A program made the position numbers and the translations under genes. Of a stretch of DNA of 64,000 bases, positions 41,370 to 53,566 are shown one piece after another (the first letter of the stretch is position 1; every line of letters starts with the position of its first letter). The notes under the pieces are model-generated. The model was not told where the DNA came from. It made no database searches and saw only the letters and a list, made by a program, of their open reading frames with translations. Source of the stretch: Octopus vulgaris (Eukaryota). Location: NCBI GenBank assembly GCA_951406725.2, contig OX597827.1:3534001-3598000 (forward strand), written 5' to 3'.

Positions 41370-41610
41370 TCAGTTTTGTTGTTGCTTTATAGATGGAAGT
41401 GAAGTTTGTAGTAACTGATCTGAGTGTATCCTTGAATGGATGGCTGGGTCCAGTATCATCGTCAGGAGTTTTAGCCAATGGGGTTTTTTTTGTTTTCTTT
41501 TAATGTTTCAGTAGTGGTCTCTTTTATATTTCTGATTTCTTTAAGTAAACAGTTGAACAATTGAGGACCTCTAAATATTCAACTAGTACAACAGAGTGCT
41601 TTTGCTCATG
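41370..41610 (-). mobile_element. CR1-like LINE 3' fragment
   Basis: Minus-strand RGPQLFNCL..EIRN-like peptide typical of the CR1 ORF2 C-terminus. Confidence 0.5.
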
Positions 41611-42257
41611 ACTTGGAAGGTGACAGCACATAGTGTGGTGGTTAAACTGTTCTACTCATGATCACTAGATCAAAGGTTTCATTCCCTGATTGGGCAGTGT
41701 GTTGTGTTCTTGTGCAAAATACTTCATTTTGTATTGCTCCAGTCCCACTTCAATCAGAGGGGAATTTGGGGCTGCTCGCCTAACCAGTGGTGTGGCATCA
41801 TTCAAAGGTTAATGATCAAATTGAGGTTGGTAACATGCATTATTAGTATATTGCACACTGTACTGGAGTGGGAGAGGAGGACATCTGTTACTAGATATCC
41901 ATGGATGAAGAGTGCTACCCCTTTTTCCTGTACTCAGCAGTCACTGCAGTGTAGTACATAACCTGACATATGTACTTCCACATCCAATATGTCTGGGGTC
42001 AGAAGCTTTTCACTTAATGTTACATTGTCTTTTCTCTGTGTGTAAGGTCTCTGAGATATGATGATACTTTTGTTCAGTTTGTGAAGTGTGAGAGATCTTG
42101 TACATTCAGCATTAAAATTGAATTGATTTATCGGTTAAAGCATTGGAAGCAGTGGTTGGTGCTGTGTGAGAGCTAATTCCAGCTATGAGTCACGTTTTTT
42201 ATATGATTAGACCTACACTAGAGAAGCCAATGAATTTAAGATGCCTCTTTCACTTTA

Positions 42258-43319
42258 TGAGAGTCAGCTGAAAAGTTCATAGTCTGGAATGTAACCAAAT
42301 AATTCTTATTTTTTAATATGGTCCCCCTTGCAGTCAACACACTTCTTCCATCGGTCATGCACAGCAGCAACTGAAACCAAGGACTTGTGTGCTGGAGCAT
42401 TGTCCTGATGAAACAAGAGACCTTTCAGCAATTTTCTTGGGCATTTGGTCTTAATAGCCTTTCATAACTGCCTCAGCAAGTTGGCATTGTATTTTCTACT
42501 GATGGTGTGGTCCTTTTGAATAAGCTCAAGAAACACAATGCTTTTGCGTTCTCATAAACAGAGGCCCATCACCTTCCCTGCAGATGAAACAACCTTGGTC
42601 TTCTATGGATTAGGTGATGAGGGGTGTTTTCACTGCATGCATTGTCTCTTAGTCTCTAGCTCAAAGTGATGAATCCAACACTCATCCTGGCTTAGGAAAC
42701 ATTCAAGGAAATCATCTGGATCTGCTTCAAACAATGTCAGATTTTCCTGTGATGTGATCACCCTGATGTGCTTCTGATGAGGTGTCAGAAGATGTGGAAC
42801 CCACAGAGCAGAAACCATCATCATGCTAAGTTCATTGTGCAGAATATTCTCAAGAGATATGCTGATAGCTTTGGCCATTTGCTCAACAGTCAATTACCTG
42901 TCATCCATCAGCATGTGGTGAGGAAGCACGATCAATGTTTTCCTTGGTGGGGGCAGTTGCAGGACGTCTAGACTTTGGGTCGTCATCAAGACTCTCTCTC
43001 TCTCTTCCCTTCCTAAATTCAGCTGCCCACTTTTGCATTGTTGATAAAGCTAGAGTGCCATCCCCTAATGAAGCAACCATAAATGTCCTTGTGGGATTAA
43101 ACCCTTTTCCTTGATAACACTCCGATGCTAAATTTTGTTAATTTTCAAGAGAATTCACAACTAGTTACTTTTGAAGTCTTCTTTGAACAGTCAGATGTCA
43201 GTTTACATTGAAAGAAACAATGCAGTCAATAAGGAAAGTTGAAATTAAAGCATGCAAGATTGCACAATTCTAGCATCACTCTGTCAAAGGGGGCTTATGA
43301 ACTTTGTGCCCCACCCTCG
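42258..43319 (-). mobile_element. mariner remnant
   Basis: VSALWVPHLLT and QDECWIHHFE motifs (ORF 42630-42893); imperfect TIRs with AAAGTTCATA / TATGAACTTT and TA flanks. Confidence 0.85.
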
Positions 43320-45842
43320 TAGTCAATTGACAATTATGACAAAAATGAAAGCAATCTTCTCAACTTAATTATCGCTGTCTTGCAACTCAATATGGCCTTT
43401 ATCTGTTTCAGAAAAGAAGTGTAATTTGAGGGATATTTGTCTATATCTAACAAGACGAGTTATTGCTTTGGTTCCCTCATTACCTGAACTATTATTCATT
43501 GAAGTATTATTCTAATGGCTTAGGCTAACTCCTTACATTTGTGTAACTATAGATATCCATTTGTTTTTTTTTCTAATTCCGTTCCAGTATGATCACAGAC
43601 TCAGCTCAAAAGTCATATTCGATTAACTGAAGTCTTACACCCAGACATCTGATTCCATAAGCTAGCTTGTCAAATGGCAGACGACTACCTTAACCAAACA
43701 ACAGTAGAATTGAATCATTTTTTATTTAATAATTAAAGAAGCGTCCGTTCCCTTCAAGCAATTTAAAAATAAATGACAAATAGATACATAAATCAGTTTT
43801 AAAGAGAAATTAATTAAATGAGTGAAATGAAATGATATTCATGACAGATAGTTTAAGCTAAACTTGTTTTGACAATGACTCAAATCAAAAACTTTCATAA
43901 ATTTACTTATTTCGATCTGTCAGTAATATCAAATAAAATCTTAAATTGTTTTTCTTCCTTTTATTAAGTGAGATTTCAAAAATATTTTTCGTCTCATTAA
44001 GCCATTTGTGCACGATCACCGTTAAAACAATCATATAACCAGCACTTAGAATTATTATTTTTACTATTAAATCATGAATGCTGAATAAGAGACCAGAGTG
44101 ATGTTATAGCCATGATACCTTGCTAAACAAAGTTATGTGTTCAAATTTCTGAAGTCAACTTGTATTTTCATTCTTTTGAGGTCATTAAAACACAATACAC
44201 GTTAAGTACTGGAGTCGATTTAATCAACAATACCCCTTCGTCAAATCTATAACCTTTTGCTAATTATAAATCAATTTTACTTGTTATAATGTAATCTAGT
44301 ATTTATTTTATTTTCCAGTATTTGGTAGTTTACATTTAATATTTTAATCTTACTGCAGATTGGTGAGAGAAAAATGTTCCAGACGTCATATTAAGAGGTC
44401 TATCTCAGACCAAAAGTTCATAGGTAAAATATATATATATATATATATGAAGAACAGCTACATTATGAGTGCTATCTAAAGTTTACAGGTAAAATATGTT
44501 ACAGCTTTACATTCATCCATGTTGTTACATATATGAGAAGACACATGGAATTTTAGGTATACCACCCGATTTTAGTTTTCTTATAACTTCCAGAAAATAA
44601 ATACGCTTTAATGAAATTTAACAAATGTTCTTCAAATAGTGTAAATTCTGGTTATATCAGAACTTGTGAAAACTCGTGTTTTCCGAATAATCCATATAAA
44701 TCAACTTTGTTTCTTCGTAACTTTGAGAAAAATAAGTATGCCTTAATAATTTCTGCAAATACTTTTTACATAGATTACAATTTTATCGAAAAATAATGTG
44801 AAAAAAGAAATTGGTGCTCACATACTGATACACATAACATAATTTTTCAAAATTTCAAGTTTCATTTTGTAGGGATATATGTAATATGAACCTTTTTTTT
44901 TTTTTTTTTTTTTACGTTAAAATCAAACATAATCATAAACAACACCATTTGAAGATGATTGGAGAAAATTTCTTTAAGAAATATCAACTTTTATGAGAAT
45001 TTGGCAGACCTACACAAGTGTAGATCTGCCAAATTTTATATACTTTTAACCTTTATTCAGAATTATAGTTTTTAGCGATTTTTTTTCAAAGCAGAGATTG
45101 ACCAAAAATTAAATACGAATTAGTTTCACCAATGGATTAAAATTTAATCCAGAGATTTATGTAGTAGCAGCATAATAAAGTGATAGTATGTTGTCAACTT
45201 AATGTGACAGTCCCATAAAAGGCAATAGCCTTTCTTAAGGCAGTAACATGTAGTTTGATGGAGATTTGGCTGTTATTTCAGGCATAGTGAATAATCACAT
45301 AGTGCAGTGGTTCTCAACCAGGGATGAATCACCCCTTAGGGGAAATAAATCAGATTTTGGTGGGAGCAATGCATGCAGTCTTTGATCAGTGACTGTACTT
45401 ACAACAGGCAATCACACATCCAGTGCATCTTGACAATAAGGTCTCTTCTCAATAACTGTGGTCAAGCCATAAAACCAACTCTTTTTCTGAATTCAGATGC
45501 AGCAACTATGCACCTCAATAGATGCATTGTCTTCCAGGATTTTGTTCATCAATTTATATTGACTCATTCGTTGCTGTATTTCTTACCCTTGTTAGTATGA
45601 CACTGGCCACCGGGCTGTGTGATTCATTGAATACATGGCACTTGCCTGAGTTTTACGTTCCCTCTCTTAACCATCGAATGTAGGTATAATAGTCAGTTTA
45701 GTGTTTACTAATTTGCATTTGTTTTCACCCACTTTTTATGGCAGGCTTGGTGAACAAGAAGTGTTGACAGTATATCGATGATTACTTACAATATGGTTTT
45801 ATCAAAAACTCTACGGACCCAAAGCAGCCCTTTTGTATCATA

Positions 45843-47109
45843 GAGTTAAAAGCTGCACTACGTGCTACTCCTGACCCACAACGTTGAACCGAATTCCTAC
45901 CAATTGTTCTTCTTGGATGCCATTCTGCTGTTAAGACAGATCAAGGTTTCTCCTCGGCCAAACTGCTTTATGACACCAGTTGATTCATCAGATTCTGATA
46001 AGTCATCATACATCAACAGACTTCATTCTTACTTCTCCAGTTTTCCACCAATGTCTCCACAGAACCAATCCATTCCTTCTGCTGTCCCATCAGACATCTC
46101 TGAGTGGACAAATGCTTTTATTTGGAATGATTCAGTTAAAGGACCTCTTACATCACCTTATTCTGGACCTTATCATATACTGTCACACTCACACAAAAAC
46201 TTTATACTCGACATTAATGGTCGAAGAGAAACAATATCCATCGACAGGATAAAAAAAGCTTTCATAGAAAATCTCATTCCAGAACCTGACATACTATGTA
46301 CATTCACTCCTACACCAACACCACCACATGTACCACAAACACAACATACCTCTAAACTTTACATCACAAGAAGTGGCAGAACAGTACATTGACCACAAGA
46401 ATTATCCAGAACTATGAACATTTAACTTTGTATTATAACACAAACTGTTTGTTATTTCTTTTTCAAAGAAAGTTATTCACAAACATTGTTCCTCTGCTTT
46501 TTTCCACATTGTATTTTTCATTTTCCATGTTTTGCATTTAGTTTGATGTGCATAGCTGTGTAGCTGAAGGCTTACTGCACCAAACTCTGCAATTATGTTC
46601 AGTATCTATCATGATGCATGTCATGCTTTTTCTATTTTTACTACCTGTTTGCAAGCACATGTTTCTGCTACCTCGTTTTGCTTCGTATCTGCCCTGGATC
46701 GCTACAATGGTTCTGCTTATTGACCGTTCATCTAAGAAGAGAGTGATGTAGTGACCCCTGGTGGTTACAACAACAAGCAAAATGGAAAAGGGATGCAATG
46801 AGAGTAATCTCCCTCGAGCTTCTAGAACATTCAAGATTCTTCTGGAAGCTTCCAGTTTTACATGGAGATATATGACTGCAAACAGAACATATTCATGTAA
46901 TGTTATAAGCTTCCTTCTATTAACCTTGTATATGAACGCATTACCTCCAGTAATAAAAGTTATGACTTATTACAAGCATCTCATGTATTCAATCCTCTTG
47001 TTGTTATGAGCAGATACACTGACTTCCTTCTTTCCCATACTGACTAAATTATAGTGTGTCATTAGGCCAACGTTACCACCTTTTGGTGGATAACCCCAAC
47101 ATCACTATA
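45843..47109 (+). mobile_element. Gypsy/Ty3 LTR retrotransposon 3' remnant (integrase C-terminus, PPT, 3' LTR)
   Basis: LKAALRA...LPIVLLG, PYSGPYHIL (GPY/F), TISIDRIKKA, TRSGR; purine tract before 46747; LTR TGTAGTGA(46747)...TCACTATA(47109) containing AATAAA. Confidence 0.85.
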
Positions 47110-47110
47110 C

Positions 47111-47758
47111 TATCTTAGTTGGATTTTCTGTAAGCTGAATGAGGTCTCTCTTCTTCTGCAGGGAAAAATGATGACGCTGACAGACTGTAAACAGGTGATG
47201 ATAGCTTTTGCTGAAATGCTCAATTTTTTTCAAGTTAATTTAAAACTACAGCAGTTTCATAACAAGTCCAAACTAGTGGAAATTGACTTATGTGAAAATG
47301 GCATTAGTATTTATTGTGACCATCTGTCAGCCTTGAAAAATGATTTAGAAACCAGATTTGCTAATTTATTTAACTTCACTATTCAGCCCTGGATGACTGA
47401 CCCCTTCGATTGTGATCCTCACAGTGCACAGGACAAAATCCAGGAGGAAGTCATCGAGATGAAATGTAAAGAAGAATTTCAAATTAAGTTCAAAAAAGAA
47501 AGTTTGTCTGAATTTTGTCAATCAGACACTGTAAAATCTCTATATCCAAATTTGTGGTCACAAATGTCAAAAATCCTTTGGTGTTTCCCGACATTATGTG
47601 TTGACAAAACTGGATTTAGTACTATGAATCACATTTTGCAGAAGGAAAGAAACAGATTTGACATTATTTCATGTGGAGATATTCATATCTGTTTGAGTAG
47701 CATTAAGCCTGACATTGAATTTTTAGCAGAAAATCACCAATCTCAGGGCTCACCTTAG
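47111..47758 (+). pseudogene. hAT transposase C-terminal fragment (SCAND3/ZBED8/FAM200-like family)
   Basis: YLSWIFCKLNEVSLLLQG...DLETRFANL..PWMTDPF...YPNLW..FPT...GFS..RNR.DI..IKPDI; open for 196 aa but lacks the N-terminal/catalytic part. Confidence 0.8.
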
Positions 47759-48399
47759 TTAGTCCTTTTCTACATTTAAAGAATAAAGTTTTATTTTAAA
47801 TCGTTTTTTGTATGCATTTACTTGCACAAAATTGTTTTTAGTGCAGATTAGTCATAATAAGATTATATTTAATATTTGTTATCATTTTTTAATGGGTGAT
47901 TATCAATTAGCTTACATCAAAAATAGCTTTTAGGGGTCAATGACTGGGAAAATATTGAGAACCAGATATAGAGGCTCCTTCAGTGGATGATCAGACTTCC
48001 GATCAAAGATGCACCGGCAGTAATTGTCCCATTTTGTTTTAGATATAATGTACCTACGATGGCATTATATATGTCCTTCCTTTCTTAGGGTAGTAAAATG
48101 TTTTGTTGGAAATTTAACTGCTACTTCTACAAGTACAGGAGATTACATAGAGGCTTAATCATTAGGTGGTAGAGATTTAGCTACTGTCACAGTAGAGGTT
48201 CAATCATTTGTTTACATGAGGTTCCCTCATTGTTTCACATCAGACCACATTCTGTGTGTGGATTCAGCAGGGGTGGAACAGACTTGGAGAGAAAACAGAC
48301 AGTAAATTCTATCAACCCTAATATTTCAGTGGTGTATCTGTTGTGTCTGAACACAGAATGGTAACTCAGAAAAATTCCAACACACTTTGCATTAATGCT

Positions 48400-48630
48400 T
48401 ATTTCTTTATTGCCCACAAGGGGCTAAACATAGAGGGGACAAACAAGGACAGACATAGGTATTAAGTCGATTATATCGACCCCAGTGTGCAACTGGTACT
48501 TAATTTATCGACTCCGAAAGGATAAAAGGCAAAGTCGACCTCGGCGGAATTTGAACTCACAACGTAACGGCAGATGAAATACCGCTAAGCATTTCGCCCG
48601 ACGTGCTAACGTTTCTGCCAGCTCGCCGCC
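48400..48630 (-). mobile_element. SINE family B, full length, young
   Basis: 14-bp TSD TTTGCATTAATGCT at 48386-48399 and 48631-48644; CpGs retained. Confidence 0.92.
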
Positions 48631-49136
48631 TTTGCATTAATGCTATTCTACCAATCACCATACTTGTTATTATAATACACAGTACCAATAGATTGTCAGA
48701 AACAGCATATAGATATATCCTTTCCCTCACACATACACACAGAATCCATCATTCTACCGCTGAGGCCCCTAATGATGGAGGTCATGTGACTTTGAAATGT
48801 TGATTCACTGAATGTAAGTAATCTTATGTATAAACTCCCAATATCCTCAAAGAAACATTATAAGGAAATACAGAAAATTGAAAATGAAATATTTGCAAAA
48901 CAGAACAGAAACAAAATATTTCTAAAATGGAAAAAATATGGCTTCAAAAAAAAATGTATTTCCTATTTATACAAATGTATTTATGTTATAAATGATAGCT
49001 ATTTTAATGAAAAATATGCCTGTAAAGAAAGTAGATTCTCCACTTATACATGAATACATGCATGCATACATATAATATATACACAAACACATGTATATGC
49101 ATACATATTTTGTGCGTGCACATACATATGTATGTA

Positions 49137-49180
<44 letters not shown>

Positions 49181-49531
49181 GTACATATGTATCTTATAAA
49201 CGATAGCTGGCATAGAGACCATAAGTGTTATGAAAGAAGTTAAGTAATAAAGGATATTGATTACGTATATCAACACAAAGCCACAGATTTATGAAGGGAG
49301 GGCATAGCCAAATTTGAAAAACTTTTTTTTTATTCATCAGTTTGTTCTAGAGAAAGACCCCATCGAAAGCCCTGTGAAATTTGTGCAATTAACACTACTA
49401 ATGCTTCAATTGAATTGCCCCCTTTTTTTTTAATTGATAATTTATTCTATCAATCCCTGAAGAGTAAATGGAAAAGTTGATGCTGATGGATTGGAGCTTG
49501 GAGTATAAAGACATAAATAAATACCCATTCA

Positions 49532-49890
49532 GTGCAGGCATGGCTAGTTGTAAGGGTAAGAAGCTTACTTTGCAACCGTATAGTTTCAGGTTCAGTTCCA
49601 CTGCATAGTATCTTGGCCAAGTATCTTCTACTATAGCCCCAGGCCAACCAATGACTTGTGAGTGAATCTGGTAGATGCATACATGTGTGTGTGTGTGTAT
49701 TTGTATCGTTGTGTTTGTGACTACTCCTTGACAACCAGTGCTAATTTGTTTACATCACCATAACTTAGCTGTTTCATAAAAGAGACAGACAGAATAAGTA
49801 CCATGCTTAAAAAGGCAACAAACATGAGGTCAAATCATTTGGCTAAATGCTTCAAAGCAATGCCTCAGAATAGCTGGACACAAATAAGAT
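49532..49890 (+). mobile_element. SINE family A, diverged
   Basis: GTGCAGGCATGGCT head, GGTTCAGTTCCACTGC, CTTGGCCAAGTATCTTC. Confidence 0.7.
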
Positions 49891-50359
49891 AAAAAGTATT
49901 CAAGAGCAGGGGGTTTTAGCAGGTTTAAACAAATCCTCTTGGCATATATATTTCTATTTAATATACATGTATATATAAATCTTTGTTGCAATTTCAACAT
50001 GGCTGTTCCATATGAACCGATTACTATCGTTTTTTTTTTTGACCCAAGATGACAATATCCTCTTGCTGGTGATCAATGCAGTCTGCACCCATATATCATT
50101 GGTTCGTATGGAACAGCCATGTTGAAATGGCAACAAACATTACTTCTCAATATAGTTACATATTTTTATCTTTTATAGATATTTTCTAACCAGCTACTTT
50201 GCTTATTATATATAAATCCAAAATAGATAACAGTGGATCATTTTAATAATTTAGAATTTCCATAATTAAAATCATGGCAATAATATGAAATACTAGTACT
50301 CTACAGATTATCAGTTCTCTCTTGCACTCTCTCTGCTTTTAAGCAATAAAAGACATTAA

Positions 50360-50579
50360 CCCTTTAGTATTTAAACCAGCTTCTGGTCAAAATATTTTAC
50401 CTGTTTTATGTTCAAACTGGTTAGATCTGGCTTCTCCCATCAACCCTGTAATATCATTCTAAAAACATTAACTGTTATCTTATCAACATCTCAAAGCTAC
50501 AAGATAATGCATGATTAATTCAAAACAATGAGAATAAATAAGTCTTACTTTTGACAGAATAATGTGAAATGCTAAAGAG
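50360..50579. mobile_element. piggyBac-like MITE
   Basis: TTAA|CCCTTTAGTATT ... AATGCTAAAGAG|TTAA. Confidence 0.8.
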
Positions 50580-50624
50580 TTAAAGAATTTTAATCATTAA
50601 CTGAAAACCAAATACTAATAATCC

Positions 50625-51305
50625 AGCCCTTGTTGCAGTGTGGTGGCTTATGTGTCTCAGTGGCTCTGAGAGCTATGTCAGTGGAGGACAAGCTCCTGAT
50701 AGGGCCTCCCATGTTGAACAGGTCAAAGATCAGATGCTTGACCAATGGTTCCCAAACATTTTCAGGCTATGCTCCCTTGGCACCCAGGCCACATCCTTAG
50801 CACCCCTCTCCCAACTCACCATTACAAACATAGACCACTTTGTCCAGCACATTCAAAAGAACCATAGTTTACATATGAAACTTAACCTAATTAACCATTA
50901 TTTTAGGACTTTTTTAACATCAATTACCAACATTTGGCCACCCCGTTACCGCCCCACTTTTCTTCAATGCCCTCTCATCTTGAATCTTTCCATTGCCCTA
51001 TGGGGACAGTACCACCCACTTTGGAAAAGATTGTGCTAGACTAATATGCTCCACATCTAACAAGAGGTTAAATTAGGTTTACCAACAACCCAAATAAGAA
51101 GCATCGATAATTTAACGCCAACAAGATATAGGACAGGAAGGCCATCCTTCAGGGAATCATGATGTGGTGCAGCAAAATCCAAAAGGAAGCTGCAAGGAAA
51201 AGCAGAAGTACAACTGGAGAGAAGCAGACAAGACAATCCAGAATTGAGAACAGTGGAGAAAAATTGTCAATGCCCTATGTTTTATAGAGAGCAAAGGACC
51301 AAAGT
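50625..51305 (+). mobile_element. non-autonomous RTE derivative (5' UTR joined to 3' end)
   Basis: GAGAGCTATG...TAGGGCCTCCCATG...ACAGGTC resembles RTE (Expander/BovB-type) 5' UTRs; 3' part reads QWRKIVNALC; interrupted by a hAT MITE. Confidence 0.6.
50743..51033. mobile_element. hAT (Charlie-type) MITE
   Basis: CAATGGTTCCCAAAC ... TTTGGAAAAGATTG termini; 8-bp TSD TGCTTGAC / TGCTAGAC. Confidence 0.8.
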
Positions 51306-52059
51306 GGGTAAAATAAATGTAGGTAGGCATGACTCTTCATCAAGAATTTTTCTTCACAACTACATGATTCTGGCTTCGGTATCATTACAAAGCAGCACAT
51401 CGGGTAATATTCTTCTATTTTGGTGTTACCAACAGCATCTCCAGGCCCGGAGCCTATCAGAGATATACCAGGGGTGTGAATATGTCCACATCCCAGGTTT
51501 GTAAATATATTGGATCTGCCAGTATATCTTTCAAGCGTTGCTACCGCAACCATCAGTCATACTTCAGAGTCCCTGAAAGACAGTTTGTCACGCCCTTGGC
51601 CCACCATGTGTAGCACCTCACAGATCAAAGGACCCCATGTGATATCAGGTGGAAAGTAATAGATCATCCAGGCCCATACATTATTGGAAGTGGACGTCAC
51701 AAAATCTGCATCACAGACAGAGCCAAAGTTCTTAAGGACTATACCTGGTGCATTAAAAAGTCATAGAGAAGTGATCTACTGAAAAATTGGATCTCCCCAT
51801 GTGCTGGTTAGACTTTTTCGGATCCATAGGGGTTGTTTTATCCTCTCATCCAGGGGAGACAACCTGTCCTCATTAACGTTCTTATATGTTAAAACATAAA
51901 TTTCGATTTCTGAGTGTTTCCTCATATCTGTGACATAGAAAATAAAATTTTTTTGTCTTCATATAGTGTCCTGACAAGCTGTCCGCAAGGCTTTGGCATT
52001 GTGGATATGTAACCTTTAGTAATCTTTAGCTTTGGGGATACAAAACTTAGGTAACCTTT

Positions 52060-52830
52060 GGTAAAGGTCAATGGGTTCCTCACAAACTTTCTGAGTCTAA
52101 TTGCACACAGAGAGTGAATGTGTACTCTTCTTTGCTATCACATCTCTTTTTTGGACCAAATAGTGACTGGTGATGAGAAATAGGTTCTCTATAAAAATGT
52201 CAAGGGCTGCAGATAGTGAGTAGGGAACTTTCCCTGCTTTTCTTTACTATATATGTTTGTGCTAAAGAAGGTCCTCACCCACGTAAGGTGTTGTTGTCTG
52301 TTTGGTGGATTATGAAAGGTTTAGTCCACTTTGAACTTTTAAACCCAAACCAAATGATAACAAAGGAGATCCACTGCAAACAGCTTGGGTGGTTTAAGTC
52401 AGCACTAGAAGCAAAACAACCATCTTTGGTTCCAAGACGAAATGTATTCTTCCATCAGGATAATGCTCAGCCACATACGACAAAGATGACACGCAAAAGG
52501 CTGGAGCTGTTTGAAAGGGGAAGGAATGTCCCACCCACCATATTCACTGGACATTGCCCCATCTGATTATCATTTATTCTGCAGTCTTCAAATTCATTTG
52601 GATGGAAAAAATATGTATTCTGTAGACAAGGTCAGAACTGTACTGGAGGAGTATTTTACATCATGGACAAGTGAATTTTGGAAGACGGATCCTGCAGGGC
52701 TACCAGATAGATGAGAAGAGTATTGTAGAAAATGAAAGAGAGTATACTTTAGATTAAAAAAAACCTTTGTTTATCTTAATTTTGAAAAATAAAAGAATAC
52801 TAAAAAACCATTATTTATAGGATGCCCCAA
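52060..52830 (+). mobile_element. mariner transposase pseudogene (3' two-thirds)
   Basis: WVPHKL, IVTGDEK*, KVLLSVWW, FHQDNAQPH, HPPYSLDIAPSDYHLF (DD34D type); frameshifted. Confidence 0.9.
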
Positions 52831-52923
52831 TATATATATCTTTTAAATTTGTTTATGGTAACATGAAGGGTATGCTCCCATTTCATTATGTCAGTTACTG
52901 TCTAATGATACTGACTAATGAGT

Positions 52924-53158
52924 GAAGGCGGCGAGCTGGCAGAATCGTTAGCATGCCGGGCGAAATGCGTAGCCGTATTTCGTCTGCCGTTACATTCTGA
53001 GTTCAAATTCCGCAAAGGTCGACTTTGCCTTTCATCCTTTCGGGGTCGATAAATTAAGTACCAGTTATGCACTGGGGTCGATATAATCGACTTAATCCGT
53101 TTGTCTGTCCTTGTTTGTCCCCTCTATGTTTAGCCCCTTGTGGGTAATAAAGAAACAA
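52924..53158 (+). mobile_element. SINE family B, full length, young
   Basis: 16-bp TSD ATACTGACTAATGAGT at 52908-52923 and 53159-53174; A box TGGCAGAATCG, B box GAGTTCAAATTCC. Confidence 0.92.
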
Positions 53159-53234
53159 ATACTGACTAATGAGTCAGTTTTTCAGGGTTGCATCATGGTT
53201 ATATTGATATAATGTAGGTTTAATGTAATAATAA

Positions 53235-53566
53235 TAATAATAATTCTAGGATGGTATGTATGAATATTTAATACATCGCTATATGCATTTCCACAAATCA
53301 CATGACTTTAACATCAGACTTCATAGCCTAGACTGGCCTTCATACTGGCAAGAAAGAATAAACATCCCTCTCTGATTCATCCGCTAATGAAGTATCGCCT
53401 GATGAAATGAATCAAAGATTAAGATCAGCCAGATGCCCATGGATACTACAGACTATAGTGTACACATTGCAAGGATACATAATCTGATGTTAAAGTCATG
53501 TGATTTGTGGAAAGGCGCGTAGCAATGTACAAAATATTCGTAAATGCCATCCTAGAATTATTGTTA
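53235..53566. mobile_element. fold-back element, probable Penelope-like pseudo-LTR
   Basis: ~84-bp inverted arms 53235-53318 and 53483-53566; degenerate hammerhead CTGATGT...GAAAGGCGCGTA. Confidence 0.6.

Larger units (their letters stand above)
45305..47965 (+). mobile_element. hAT (Charlie/Buster-like) DNA transposon, interrupted and deleted
   Basis: TIR CAGTGGTTCTCAAC / TTGAGAACCA; 8-bp TSD-like ACATAGTG/ATATAGAG; N-terminus MAGLVNKKC*QYIDDYLQYGF at 45738; C-terminal ORF 47168-47758. Confidence 0.85.

Noticed and set aside
44300-44370. Two micro-exon-like AG..GT motifs (TATTTG, ATTG)
   Set aside because: Only ~35 nt apart with weak donors; cannot be supported without RNA data.
47168-47758. 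Domesticated ZBED/SCAND3-like gene
   Set aside because: Lies within transposon TIRs; the N-terminus has a stop and the middle is deleted and replaced by a Gypsy fragment.
51330-51870. GC-richer segment that could be coding
   Set aside because: The frames I translated gave no recognisable motif and contain stops; probably an unclassified retroelement remnant.
53395-53420. Extra CTGATGA in the spacer of the fold-back element
   Set aside because: No stem II plus GAAA and NUH in register, so not a hammerhead.
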